From NCBI GenBank assembly GCA_028712175.1, contig JAQTQQ010000002.1, positions 40,405 to 104,404 on the forward strand: a stretch of DNA of 64,000 bases, given 5' to 3'. How positions within the stretch are numbered: the first letter of the stretch is position 1; each line of letters starts with the position of its first letter. The notes beneath the pieces were generated by a model. The model had not been told where the DNA came from. It ran no database searches and was given only the letters and a program-made list of their open reading frames with translations. Of the stretch, positions 49,011 through 58,574 are shown piece after piece. A program made the translations under genes and the position numbers. This stretch comes from Candidatus Omnitrophota bacterium (GTDB taxonomy: Bacteria; Omnitrophota; Gorgyraeia; Gygaellales; Profunditerraquicolaceae).

Positions 49011-49700
49011 ACTAACCACTAATTTCTCTAAAGCAAAGGCAGGAGGGATCCTGCCTGTTTTTATCTCTATATCGCAGCCAAGAATAAGCTTAAGTTTCCT
49101 TCGGGCGGCACTGCCCTCTACTCCATGTTTTTCCCATGAATAACGTAATCCTCCCAGGATACGCTCCGGGGCTTCTCCGTTTTTAAGGAGCTGATTTAAC
49201 AACCGTAGAGAGATATCGGTTTTTCTTAATTCAATCTGCCGGCTTAAAGCAAATGTATCCGGGTTGACCGTTTCCTTAAAACGCAGTGTGCGCGCATGCG
49301 GGGAAATCCCCTTAATAAGCTTATCCTTATAATCGTAATATTCAAAATCAAGAACCAAAACTAACTGCTTGTGCGGTTTCTTAGAATAAGACAGGAAAAA
49401 ATCACGGGATGCCTCATCAAGAGAATGCGCGTCTTTAATGACGATAATTCTTTTGGAGCTTTTTAGCGGAATAGCCAGAAACCGCTCCTGGATATCTTTT
49501 AAGGTTATTTCTTTGGCGTATAATGTATCAAGGTTAAAATCCTGCAGTTCTTTTGGAAGGGATTCCTGTTTTATTTTCTTAAGCTGGGTTTCTTTAGCCG
49601 CTGCATCGCTGCCGATGAATAAGTATACCCCGTTAAAAACAGGCTCATGGATATAACCGCTGGCAGTCTGGTCTGTATTATTTCTAATGGGATAGGCCAT
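48993..49700 (-). CDS. holA: DNA polymerase III delta subunit (HolA). Start placed at the internal Met.
   Basis: Delta-subunit architecture, with the conserved E. coli-like order leuS ... lptE-holA. Its 3' end overlaps rpsT convergently by 18 nt. Confidence 0.6.
   Translation of the reverse strand: MAYPIRNNTDQTASGYIHEPVFNGVYLFIGSDAAAKETQLKKIKQESLPKELQDFNLDTLYAKEITLKDIQERFLAIPLKSSKRIIVIKDAHSLDEASRDFFLSYSKKPHKQLVLVLDFEYYDYKDKLIKGISPHARTLRFKETVNPDTFALSRQIELRKTDISLRLLNQLLKNGEAPERILGGLRYSWEKHGVEGSAARRKLKLILGCDIEIKTGRIPPAFALEKLVVSLCGFV
49036..49063 (+). terminator. weak intrinsic terminator for rpsT. It lies inside the convergent holA coding region.
   Basis: ggcagg-aggga-tcctgcc followed by tgttttta. 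Confidence 0.35.
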
Positions 49701-49701
49701 A

Positions 49702-50274
49702 TTACCATTGCTCAACTGTGCGCTCGACAATACGGCGAGCCAGATCTTCTACTGCATTATTTACCGCCGTATCTTCAGCCACCTTAATTACATTGCCGGT
49801 AGCAAAACTTGTAAAATAAGAATAGTTGCCGTTAAAACTTTTCTCTTCCCAAAGCAGCTTATCGTCTTTTACGTCCCAAAGGCTTAAATTCACATAGATA
49901 TTGATGCGGTATTCGGTGACATCATTATTATCTTCGGTATAACTCAAAGGGTCTTTGCGGTATTCGACCAATTCCCCTTTAAGCACCAAATCCGACTGGC
50001 CTTCCCTCTGCGGTTTAAGGTTACCGTCAAAAAGATACCTATTAACTACTTTTCTTGTAATATCAGTTTCTAACATCGGTCGATAAATACGGTATTTATT
50101 GGCAGAATAGGATTCCTGAGTTACATCTACTTTATTCAAAAACGGGGTTATGTAAATTGTCCGATATTTACCGGTAAGCATCGAACGGGTAGTGTAACCG
50201 CACCCGCATAGCAGGACAACCGAAAAGCAGGAAACAAAAGCCAAAGAAAGATAAGCCCCAAACCTATTTTTCAT
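49702..50274 (-). CDS. lptE: LPS-assembly lipoprotein LptE-like
   Basis: LLCGCG lipobox, size of about 190 aa, and position directly upstream of holA. Confidence 0.55.
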   Translation of the reverse strand: MKNRFGAYLSLAFVSCFSVVLLCGCGYTTRSMLTGKYRTIYITPFLNKVDVTQESYSANKYRIYRPMLETDITRKVVNRYLFDGNLKPQREGQSDLVLKGELVEYRKDPLSYTEDNNDVTEYRINIYVNLSLWDVKDDKLLWEEKSFNGNYSYFTSFATGNVIKVAEDTAVNNAVEDLARRIVERTVEQW

Positions 50275-51223
50275 TTTTACGCTCCATTATCTGTAATCTA
50301 ACCGCAGCTTCTACGGCCCAAGGGCTGCCCGTGTAATTATCGATTATGTCATTATAATAGATCTTGGCCGACCCAAAGATTTTTTGCTTTTCATAGAAAC
50401 GGGCGGTATTATAATTTGCTTCTGCTTCTTTCTCTCTAATTTGAGCAATATTCTTCTCTGCCTCTAAAGAAAGCACGGCATCGGGATGCTCCTTTACAAA
50501 AGTTTCAAACTTTTCCTTTGCTTCCTGCACTGCCCCCTGATCATAAGCAGCCCCTTTAGACAAGCTCGCCCGGCAGGTAGCAATCTGGAATTTTGCCGCA
50601 GATGCCCACTCGCTATCCGGATAACGGGAAACTACTTTATTGAAAGCCTCCTCTGCTTCGTAATAACGTAATAATCCTTTTAAAACAAGGCCTAATTTGT
50701 ACTGCGCCTTCGGGGCAAAAGGGCCATAAGTGGAGTTATCGACTACCTTAGAAAATATCTCAATTGCCGGATTATCAACAGGCAGTTCTATACCCAATGC
50801 CTTACGTTTCTCTCCGGCCATAAACTTCTCGGCAATTTTATATTCCAGTTCAATAATCTCCTGGATACGCTCGGAGAATGGATACTTATCTATTACCATT
50901 TGATAAGCCAGATAGGCTTCATACAATTTACCCTGTTTCTCTTCTATCTGGCCAAGATAATATTGGCTTTCCGCAGCCTCGGCAGATTTAGGATAAGCCT
51001 TGAGCAGTTTACGGAATTCACGTTTTGCTTCTTCGTACTTATTGCTATCAAGGAAGCTCTTGGCATAGGCAAATTGTTCCGTAGGATTATCCTTAGGCAG
51101 GTTTTTAGGATTGACCCATTTGCCGCTTTTAGGAGTCCAAATCCAATAAGAATATGCCGGCTGTATGGATAAAAAAGAAATTATTAACAGACTTAAGATT
51201 ATACGTTTCATAAGGTTCCGCAT
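50264..51223 (-). CDS. secreted TPR-repeat protein (BamD/YbgF-like)
   Basis: Signal peptide and multiple TPR-like repeats (AEAAESQYYLGQ..., YKLGLVL..., AKFQIATC...). Confidence 0.5.
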   Translation of the reverse strand: MRNLMKRIILSLLIISFLSIQPAYSYWIWTPKSGKWVNPKNLPKDNPTEQFAYAKSFLDSNKYEEAKREFRKLLKAYPKSAEAAESQYYLGQIEEKQGKLYEAYLAYQMVIDKYPFSERIQEIIELEYKIAEKFMAGEKRKALGIELPVDNPAIEIFSKVVDNSTYGPFAPKAQYKLGLVLKGLLRYYEAEEAFNKVVSRYPDSEWASAAKFQIATCRASLSKGAAYDQGAVQEAKEKFETFVKEHPDAVLSLEAEKNIAQIREKEAEANYNTARFYEKQKIFGSAKIYYNDIIDNYTGSPWAVEAAVRLQIMERKNEK

Positions 51224-51311
51224 TACTTTCCCCGGGCAGCTGCATAAAACCGGGGAAAACGTTGAAATTATTTTTCTAATGTTTCCAATTTAGCATAGGC
51301 GGGCGGGTTTG

Positions 51312-52721
51312 TCAAAGATAAAAATAAGCAAAGGGGACCTTAATTATTGCGGCATTTAAACTTAAAAGAAGATTAATCAAAAAGGAAACCGGAAAACTAA
51401 AAAGATTTGCTAAGGCGGGGCAAACCAAACCAAAAACAGCCAAAGTGAACCCGCATAAGGTAATTATTGAAGCAAGCGGGACAATAAAGACATTTGCCAA
51501 AACTGTTACCGGAGCAATAATGTGAAAATTATAAGCAATGATCCACAGCGTTCCAAGCCACGCTGAAAACGAAACCAGCAAGCCTTCACAGAAAAATCTC
51601 CAGATCTTGATTTTACAGGTGTCCAGACGGATTAACTTTTTTAGTTTTGGATAAAGGCAGACTATTGCAAATACGCTGGCAAAAGACAGCTGAAAACCAA
51701 TATCGAAAACCTGCTGAGGATTGATTATTAAAATAAATACCACTGCTGTTGACAAAGAGTTATATATATCCGGTTGCTTTTTAAGAAGATAGGCTGATAA
51801 AAATATTATACCCATTATAGTAGCACGCACAACCGGGTTACTGGCACCGGTTAGAAAACAATAAATAACCAGGCAGGCGAGCGTCAAAATAATCCTCCCT
51901 CGGCGCGGTATGCGCATGATTTTAAATAATAAATTGGCCATAAAAGCTACAATGCCCACATTAAAACCGCTTACTACCAGGATATGCACGGTGCCGGCTT
52001 TAACCATGGAATCATTTACCAGCCAGGGAATATTATGTTTCTGCCCCAAGACCATAGCGGAAAGTATGCCCGCCGGCACACTTTTAAGAAACCGGCTAAA
52101 AGCCTGCTCAACCTTAGAGCGCAGCCAAAATGAATATCCAACCAGCTTATTCCCTCTCTTACCCGGCTTAAGGATAATCTGGCGTGGGTCTTTTACCCGC
52201 ATTACCAAGTAAATGCCCTTACGGGCCAGAAAATTTTTGTAGCTGCCTCTTATAGGAACAAGAGCAGGCGGCGGCTGGAGATTCCCGATAAGCATTAAAT
52301 TGTCCCCGTAATTTAGCTTTTGCCGGACCTCTGTCCTGACTAATACCCTGCCGCAACAACGCCATTTATATTTTTCTATCTGAGCTTCTTTAAGGCGGAA
52401 GATAAATTCGATATGCTTATCTTTAGGTTCGGGGAAACTGTCGATAAAACCGCTTAAACTACACCAGGCCCCGGGGTAAGCAAAATTAACGATATGAGTA
52501 TTGGACAGCGTACAAGAATTTTTTAAACTTAATACGCCAATAAGCAGGGTTGCAAATAAGACAAAGGCGAAGAATATGTAATCATGCTTTTTTAGTAAAT
52601 TCGCGGCAAAAACAATGGTTAACCCTATACACATAATGACCCAGAAATTAATCCGCAATAAATTGCTCAAAATAATTCCCAGGCAATAAAATAAGGCCAA
52701 TAATGCAAGTGGCCTCTTCAT
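51312..52721 (-). CDS. comEC: ComEC/Rec2 competence channel protein (competence domain only, no MBL domain)
   Basis: 469-aa polytopic protein with ComEC-like motifs (HILVVSGFNVG, GASNPVVRATIMG). Confidence 0.8.
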   Translation of the reverse strand: MKRPLALLALFYCLGIILSNLLRINFWVIMCIGLTIVFAANLLKKHDYIFFAFVLFATLLIGVLSLKNSCTLSNTHIVNFAYPGAWCSLSGFIDSFPEPKDKHIEFIFRLKEAQIEKYKWRCCGRVLVRTEVRQKLNYGDNLMLIGNLQPPPALVPIRGSYKNFLARKGIYLVMRVKDPRQIILKPGKRGNKLVGYSFWLRSKVEQAFSRFLKSVPAGILSAMVLGQKHNIPWLVNDSMVKAGTVHILVVSGFNVGIVAFMANLLFKIMRIPRRGRIILTLACLVIYCFLTGASNPVVRATIMGIIFLSAYLLKKQPDIYNSLSTAVVFILIINPQQVFDIGFQLSFASVFAIVCLYPKLKKLIRLDTCKIKIWRFFCEGLLVSFSAWLGTLWIIAYNFHIIAPVTVLANVFIVPLASIITLCGFTLAVFGLVCPALANLFSFPVSFLINLLLSLNAAIIKVPFAYFYL

Positions 52722-53071
52722 TGGACGAAAAAGACCTCTTTCAATCTCTCATAGCGATACTCTCCAATCCCCTTTATATCTTTTAACTCTTCTAAACTTG
52801 CGAATTCCTGATGAAAATCACGGTGTTCTATGATGCGCCGGGCTAATTTCTCAGAAACACACCTAAGCCTGACTAATTCCCCCAAACTGACCTTGTTAAG
52901 GTCTACCTTGGTTAAGTGGACCTGCGGATATATGGCTTTTTCTACTTTGCTGTTTATCTTAATCAAATTACTCATGGCTAAACCGCAAAACGCCAAACAT
53001 AAAAGAAATAAAATGACCTTTTTTTCTTCAGGTGTCAGGCTGATCATCGTGCTTTTCCTTCTCTCTTTCAA
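52718..53071 (-). CDS. comEA: ComEA-like helix-hairpin-helix DNA-binding competence protein
   Basis: N-terminal transmembrane helix and a C-terminal HhH motif (LEELKDIKGIGEYRYERL). Confidence 0.7.
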   Translation of the reverse strand: MKERRKSTMISLTPEEKKVILFLLCLAFCGLAMSNLIKINSKVEKAIYPQVHLTKVDLNKVSLGELVRLRCVSEKLARRIIEHRDFHQEFASLEELKDIKGIGEYRYERLKEVFFVQ

Positions 53072-53207
53072 TAGACGGAAATAAACTCAAAATCTAACCT
53101 AAAAATATCAAAACTTTATCCGGCGTACAGGCAGGCAAAACAGCCACAACAGGCAGAGCATTTCATCTAAAAGGGCAGCTTTTCTTAGGATTGTAATCAG
53201 CAAATTT

Positions 53208-53594
53208 ATGATGTATACTTTAGGTATGCCCAAAAAGATCCTGATTATTGACGACGACTATAATATCGCAAAAAAAAGCAAGGAGGAGTTATCAAAGGCC
53301 GGCTATGATACTGTAGTTGCTTATAGCGCAAAAGAAGGCATGGATAGGCTTTTGGCAGAGAAGCCGGATTGCATACTTCTTGACCTGGTCCTGCCTGATG
53401 AAAGCGGATTTAAAGTAGCCCAAGATATAAAAAACCTTCCGGATTTTATAAATACCCCGATTATTGCCGCCTCTCTGAAACACGAAGAAATAGACAAACA
53501 CATTGCCGCCAAAAGCGGGATTACCGTCTACGTTGAAAAACCTATTGATTACGAGAGATTGCTTTTTGATATTAAAGATGTGTTAGAAAGTTAA
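53208..53594 (+). CDS. single-domain response-regulator receiver protein (CheY-like)
   Basis: KILIIDDD...LLDLVLPDESG...YVEKP receiver motifs. The start may be the internal MPKK. Confidence 0.8.
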   Translation: MMYTLGMPKKILIIDDDYNIAKKSKEELSKAGYDTVVAYSAKEGMDRLLAEKPDCILLDLVLPDESGFKVAQDIKNLPDFINTPIIAASLKHEEIDKHIAAKSGITVYVEKPIDYERLLFDIKDVLES

Positions 53595-53597
53595 TTC

Positions 53598-53728
53598 GCT
53601 CGTAGCTCTGAAAAATGGGGTCAGCTGAATAATGGGGTCAGAGCTAATTTATCTAGATCTAAGGCAAGATAAATTAGCTCTGACCCCATTTTTCTCGGGA
53701 TAGAATCTAATAACTAAGAGCTACGAGC
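53598..53728. terminator. compound bidirectional terminator: a 24-bp perfect hairpin nested inside a 12-bp outer inverted repeat
   Basis: Inner stem: aatggggtcagagctaatttatct (53631-53654) pairs with agataaattagctctgaccccatt (53667-53690), followed by TTTT. Outer stem: gctcgtagctct (53598-53609) pairs with agagctacgagc (53717-53728). Confidence 0.7.
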
Positions 53729-53747
53729 TAAGAGCTAATAAGGATAA

Positions 53748-56147
53748 TTAAATAACGATATTTACGAGTTTTTTGGGAACGATGATGAATTTCTTCGGAG
53801 GCTTGCCTTTTAACCAGGGGGCTAACTTAATATCACCAAGCACCATCTCTTTAAGTTTATCTTGGGATATATCGGAAGGCACTTCAATTTTACTGCGGAG
53901 TTTACCGTTAACCTGGATTACCATCTCTACATTCTCTTCAACCAAAAATTCTGGGTCAAATTTTGGCCAACTAGCTTTAAAGATGCTTTCTTTATTGCCT
54001 AAAATCTGCCAGAGCTCCTCGCAGAAGTGCGGCGCAATCGGGCTAAACATAATCAGGAACTTCGAAAAAACCTGCTTATCCGCGCCATACTGATAAATTG
54101 CGTTGGTTAACTCCATTAAGCTGGCAATTGCGGTATTAAATTTAAACTCGCTAAAATCCTCGCTAACCTTCTTTATCGTTCTATGCAGACACTTTATAAC
54201 TTCCGGACCTGCCGCACTTTTTAAATTCTCGCGGATGCGCCAAATCCGGTTTAAGAATTTAAGTGCCCCCTCCAGCCCACGCTCATCCCATTCCAACTCA
54301 GTTTCCGGGGGGGCAGCAAATAAAATAAACAGGCGCAGGGCATCTGCCCCGTAATTTTTAATCATTGAGTCAGGATCAACGATGTTACCTTTGGATTTTG
54401 ACATAACTTCGCCGTCTTTTAAGACCATGCCCTGCGTAAGAAGTTTATCAAACGGCTCGGTAAAATCTATCATTTTCAAATCCTGAAAAAATTTAGTAAA
54501 AAATCTTGAGTACAATAAATGCAGGATCGCATGTTCAATTCCGCCGATATACTGATCAACTGCCATCCAGTATGCGGCCTCTTTTGCATCAAACGGCGCT
54601 TTATCAAATTTGGGGGAACAAAACCTTAGAAAATACCAGGAAGAGTCAAAGAAAGTGGCCATAGTGTCGGTTTCCCGCCTGGCCCTGCCTTTACATTTGG
54701 GGCATTTTACTTCTACAAATTTCTTAACCTTGCCAAGCGGGCTTCCGCCTTCACCTGTAAACGGGGCATCTGCAGGAAGTTTTACTGGCAAATCCTCATA
54801 AGGAACCGGGACAACACCGCAAGACGGACAATAAATTATCGGAATAGGAGTGCCCCAATAACGCTGCCGGGAGATTAACCAGTCACGCAGGCGGAAGCGC
54901 GTCTGGATATTTCCGATCCCTTTATCCTCCATCCACTGTGCTATTTTTATTTTTGCTTCTTGATTAGTTAAACCGTTAAACTCTCCGGAATTGATTTGAA
55001 CCCCATCACCTTCATAAGCCCCGGATAAACCCTCTGCTAGTTTTACAGGGCCATCTTTAGGCGTAATCACAATACGCATCGGTAATTTATGTTCTTTGGC
55101 AAAAAGAAAATCACGCTGGTCATGCGTTGGCACAGCCATAATCGCCCCTGTCCCGTATTCCATTAAAACATAATCAGCAATCCAAATCGGCACTTCTTCA
55201 TTATTCACGGGGTTAACCGCAAAACTCCCCGTAAATACTCCCTCCTTTTTAACATCGGAGGCAGAGCGCACTATCTTGCTGATAGCGGAGACTTTTTTAA
55301 TAAATTCCAAAGCCTCTTTCTCCTGCGCATTCCCCCTAATCAACTCTTTAACTAACGCATGCTCCGGAGCCAAAACAATATAAGTCGCCCCGAAGATAGT
55401 ATCGCACCGCGTAGTAAACACCGGGATTATTTTGTCGCTATTTTTCAGGCGAAAATAAATATCGACCCCCGAACTCTTACCGATCCAGTTATTCTGCATG
55501 GCTAAGACCCGTGGAGGCCAGTTTTTAAGCCGGCTTAAATCCTCTAATAATCTTTCTTTATATTCGCTAATTTTTAAATACCACTGCTCCAGGTCTTTTT
55601 GTTCAACCTTTGTATGGCATCTCCAGCATCCTGCGTCTACGACTTCTTCGTTGGCTAAGGTAGTCTGGCAGCTGGGGCACCAATTTACTCCGGAGGCCTT
55701 CTTATAAGCTAAATTGCGTTCGAACATTTTTAAAAAAATCCACTGGTTCCATTTATAATAATCGCTATCACAGGTAGAGACCTCCCTCTCCCAATCATAA
55801 GAAAAACCCATCTTCTTTAATTCTATTTCCATTTCCTTAATGCATTTATGCGTCCAGTCGCTTGGCTTGGTTTTATTTTTTATCGCCGCATTCTCCGCCG
55901 GCTGGCCAAAAGCGTCAAAACCCATGGGATGCATTACATTATACCCTTCCAGCATCTTAAAACGGCTGGCAACATCACCGATAGTATAATTACGCACATG
56001 CCCCATATGTATTTTGCCGGAAGGATAAGGGAACATCTCCAGTAAATAATATTTTTTGCGTTCAGGGTTTGCCTGCGCACAAAAAGCACTGGTACTAGCC
56101 CATTTCTTTTGCCATTTCTTCTCGATTTCCTTAAAATTGTAATACAT
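53748..56147 (-). CDS. leuS: leucine--tRNA ligase
   Basis: 799 aa with HMGH and KMSKS (VMSKSKGN) motifs and a LeuS-specific N-terminus. Confidence 0.95.
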   Translation of the reverse strand: MYYNFKEIEKKWQKKWASTSAFCAQANPERKKYYLLEMFPYPSGKIHMGHVRNYTIGDVASRFKMLEGYNVMHPMGFDAFGQPAENAAIKNKTKPSDWTHKCIKEMEIELKKMGFSYDWEREVSTCDSDYYKWNQWIFLKMFERNLAYKKASGVNWCPSCQTTLANEEVVDAGCWRCHTKVEQKDLEQWYLKISEYKERLLEDLSRLKNWPPRVLAMQNNWIGKSSGVDIYFRLKNSDKIIPVFTTRCDTIFGATYIVLAPEHALVKELIRGNAQEKEALEFIKKVSAISKIVRSASDVKKEGVFTGSFAVNPVNNEEVPIWIADYVLMEYGTGAIMAVPTHDQRDFLFAKEHKLPMRIVITPKDGPVKLAEGLSGAYEGDGVQINSGEFNGLTNQEAKIKIAQWMEDKGIGNIQTRFRLRDWLISRQRYWGTPIPIIYCPSCGVVPVPYEDLPVKLPADAPFTGEGGSPLGKVKKFVEVKCPKCKGRARRETDTMATFFDSSWYFLRFCSPKFDKAPFDAKEAAYWMAVDQYIGGIEHAILHLLYSRFFTKFFQDLKMIDFTEPFDKLLTQGMVLKDGEVMSKSKGNIVDPDSMIKNYGADALRLFILFAAPPETELEWDERGLEGALKFLNRIWRIRENLKSAAGPEVIKCLHRTIKKVSEDFSEFKFNTAIASLMELTNAIYQYGADKQVFSKFLIMFSPIAPHFCEELWQILGNKESIFKASWPKFDPEFLVEENVEMVIQVNGKLRSKIEVPSDISQDKLKEMVLGDIKLAPWLKGKPPKKFIIVPKKLVNIVI

Positions 56148-56148
56148 A

Positions 56149-56997
56149 TTATCTCCGCCCCAATCTTCTCACCAAATCCAGGTTTTTCTTGTCGCTGTCG
56201 GCAGCACTCTTAGGTGTCTCTAAGATCATAGGAATATTTTTCAATTTAGGATGATTGATAATCCTTTTCATGCCTGCTAGCCCGATATTGCCTTTTCCAA
56301 TATGGTCATGCCGGTCATGGTGGCAGCCCAGCTCACCGGCTGCGTCATTAAGATGGATTAATTTAATTAATTTTACCCCCACCATGCTTTCGATTTCGTC
56401 AATCATTTTATCTAGGCCTTCTTTGACTGCCAGGTCATACCCGGCTAAATATGCATGCGCAGTATCAAGGCATAACCCTACCCGCGTTTTTTCATTGATA
56501 CCTTTCAGGATTTTATGCTGGTGGTAAAACCGGTAACCGAGCCAGGAGCCGCTGCCGGATGTATTCTCTAATAAAATACCGACTTTAGAACCCTTTGTTT
56601 TCTCTATAATGATATTCAATGCTTCAATTAACCTTTTAATCCCGGCATCTTCGGAGGTATCTTTGTGGCTGCCCATATGTGTAACGATATAGTCAACGCC
56701 CAATTTCTCTGCCTCACGGATATCCTCGATATAAGCCTGAATGGAACCACGCCAAAGCCTGATATCGGGAGAAGCCAGGTTAATTAAATAGGATATGTGG
56801 ATAAAAACCGGGTTGATTTTTAACTTCTTACGCCGAAATTTAAATTCCTTAATATCATCAGGGCTGATTTGAGAGCCGTTGCGCCAGGTCTGCGGGCTGC
56901 GGCTGAATATCTGCATGGTGTCACAGCCTAAACTGTGGGCAACATCGAGCGCCTGATAAATTTTCCCTGCCCCTGAGACATGCACGCCTAGAATCAT
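56149..56997 (-). CDS. nfo: endonuclease IV (AP endonuclease family 2)
   Basis: 282-aa Nfo sequence ([11 protein letters not shown]...HLNDA...) with the canonical N-terminus, so the start at 56997 is secure. Confidence 0.9.
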   Translation of the reverse strand: MILGVHVSGAGKIYQALDVAHSLGCDTMQIFSRSPQTWRNGSQISPDDIKEFKFRRKKLKINPVFIHISYLINLASPDIRLWRGSIQAYIEDIREAEKLGVDYIVTHMGSHKDTSEDAGIKRLIEALNIIIEKTKGSKVGILLENTSGSGSWLGYRFYHQHKILKGINEKTRVGLCLDTAHAYLAGYDLAVKEGLDKMIDEIESMVGVKLIKLIHLNDAAGELGCHHDRHDHIGKGNIGLAGMKRIINHPKLKNIPMILETPKSAADSDKKNLDLVRRLGRR

Positions 56998-57006
56998 AGT
57001 ATTTAA

Positions 57007-57035
57007 ATTATACTCCTCGTTGAAATCAGCGTCAA
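57007..57035 (-). promoter_or_regulatory. near-consensus sigma70 promoter. It implies a leaderless or near-leaderless nfo mRNA.
   Basis: On the minus strand: TTGACG, 17-nt spacer, TATAAT. Only 9 nt separate the -10 box from the nfo ATG, and there is no SD. Confidence 0.5.
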
Positions 57036-57040
57036 TAACT

Positions 57041-57073
57041 TATAAAATAAAGGGCGGAAATTATCCGCCCTTT
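57041..57073 (-). terminator. intrinsic terminator downstream of tRNA-Ala
   Basis: Stem aaagggcgg / ccgcccttt with a 7-nt loop, followed on the minus strand by UUAUUUUAU. Confidence 0.5.
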
Positions 57074-57082
57074 ATAACAGAT

Positions 57083-57158
57083 TGGTGGAGCTGAGGAGGA
57101 TTGAACTCCTGACCCCTTGCATGCCATGCAAGTGCTCTCCCAGCTGAGCTACAGCCCC
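57083..57158 (-). tRNA. tRNA-Ala (anticodon GGC), CCA encoded
   Basis: The 76-nt cloverleaf folds cleanly: acceptor GGGGCUG/CAGCUCC with the G3:U70 Ala identity pair, anticodon loop AUGGCAU, T-loop UUCAAUC. Confidence 0.9.
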
Positions 57159-57284
57159 ATTAATCCTTTGTAATATTTATTGACCTTTGCTATTTTAGAA
57201 TATAAAATGCTTAGCGTCAACTCCGCTAGAAATACACTGAATAATAATATCATAATTTCTAACGGGGTCAACCTAAAAATCTCT

Positions 57285-57367
57285 GCTGGAGTGGTGGAAT
57301 GGCATACACGTCGGTCTCAAAAACCGATGAGGGCAACCTCGTAAGGGTTCAACTCCCTTCTCCAGCA
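57285..57367 (+). tRNA. tRNA-Leu (anticodon CAA), type II with a long variable arm, CCA not encoded
   Basis: Acceptor GCUGGAG/CUCCAGC + A73, 3-bp D-stem, anticodon stem UCGGU/ACCGA with loop CUCAAAA, variable arm GAGG-GCAA-CCUC, T-loop UUCAACU. Confidence 0.85.
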
Positions 57368-57470
57368 TAAATTTTTAAGGATTCGCCAACGATTTAGTGG
57401 CGGGCAACTCCCTTCTTCGGCATTTAACTTCTAGCAGCCGGCAGAAACTTTAATCTTGAGGCAATTTCTC

Positions 57471-57647
57471 TTATTTTGTGGATACAAACATCGCTCTCAT
57501 CTTCTCAAGCTCCTCAATAATATCTTTATCTATCTCCCAGCTCTCTTCTGTCGTTTCACTCTTATCCTTACCCATGACCCGGCCACAATATTCACATTTT
57601 ATTGCTTCATCTTGCAACTCTTCTGTACAATGAGGACATTTTTTCAT
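57471..57647 (-). CDS. 58-aa zinc-ribbon protein, hypothetical (below the ORF-track cutoff)
   Basis: [66 protein letters not shown] lies 7 nt upstream of the ATG. Confidence 0.4.
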   Translation of the reverse strand: MKKCPHCTEELQDEAIKCEYCGRVMGKDKSETTEESWEIDKDIIEELEKMRAMFVSTK

Positions 57648-57827
57648 CTTAATTCTCCAAACGCTGTCAATTCATTTATTAATTTTTCAGTTTCCCCGTG
57701 GCTAAAAAATAAACCTATTTTCTAATCTTCTTCCTGCATCGCCTTCATAACCACTCCCCCTCCATATTTAAAATGCTTAGTTATAATTAACTCTTAAGCT
57801 AATCCTAGCCTTTTGTGAAAAAAAAGG

Positions 57828-57856
57828 ATTATACAGCTGTGGTTTATAAAAGTCAA
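57828..57856 (-). promoter_or_regulatory. strong sigma70 promoter with an extended -10 box, about 175 nt upstream of the zinc-ribbon gene
   Basis: On the minus strand: TTGACT, 17-nt spacer, tgTATAAT. Confidence 0.45.
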
Positions 57857-57941
57857 ACTAAATTAATTTACTGCAATGATTACTCTAATAGAATAATGGC
57901 GGGCGTAAATAAAACAAGCGGGTAATCCTTATTTGGATTTC

Positions 57942-58574
57942 TTATTCTATGTATGCAGCAATTGCCTGATGTATGCGCCGCGCAATTACTTGATAGCCGC
58001 GGGCGTTCGGATGGAGAAAATCACTTTTCATCGCAGGATTAGTAATGATCTTATTTAATAGAACGGGAATGAATACTGCCTTTTTCTTAACCGCCAGCTT
58101 CTTAAAAGCCGCTCTGTACTCCCGAAAAAACATCCCTGCGCTGATATCTACCAAAGCTACCATTGCCCCCTTATCCTGAATAAGGTCAATAATCTTGGCC
58201 AGGTTTTTAACCGTATCGTCCTTGGGGATTTTTTTAAGGAAATCGTTCCCGCAAAACTCCACGATAACCAAACGCGGGTTTTTAACCAGAACATCACGCT
58301 CTATACGCTCTAAAGCGGCCAAGGTAGTATCCCCGTCCACTCCGGCATTTATTACCGGTAGTTTTACTAATTTTGCCAGCACCGCAGGATAATCCTCGCC
58401 GCATGCGGCGCCATAACCAAAAGTTATGCTGTCCCCAAAACACACTATACTTGACCCTTTGGAATCAAGGTTCTTAATCTCGGGCTTTGCGCAGCCAGAC
58501 ACTAATATAAGAGCTAATACCCCGGCCAACGGCCTAAGGCTTAACAACAAAAAACTAAAATTATTTTTTTTCAT
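57942..58574 (-). CDS. SGNH/GDSL-family lipase/esterase lipoprotein
   Basis: LVSGC lipobox and GDSITFGYG (GDS(L) block I). The DxxH block is not clearly resolved. Confidence 0.75.
   Translation of the reverse strand: MKKNNFSFLLLSLRPLAGVLALILVSGCAKPEIKNLDSKGSSIVCFGDSITFGYGAACGEDYPAVLAKLVKLPVINAGVDGDTTLAALERIERDVLVKNPRLVIVEFCGNDFLKKIPKDDTVKNLAKIIDLIQDKGAMVALVDISAGMFFREYRAAFKKLAVKKKAVFIPVLLNKIITNPAMKSDFLHPNARGYQVIARRIHQAIAAYIE

Noticed and set aside
51240-51275. 9-bp hairpin (tttccccgg/ccggggaaa) between comEC and the TPR gene as a terminator
   Set aside because: No U-tract follows on either strand. It is more likely an incidental structure or a site within a co-transcribed unit.
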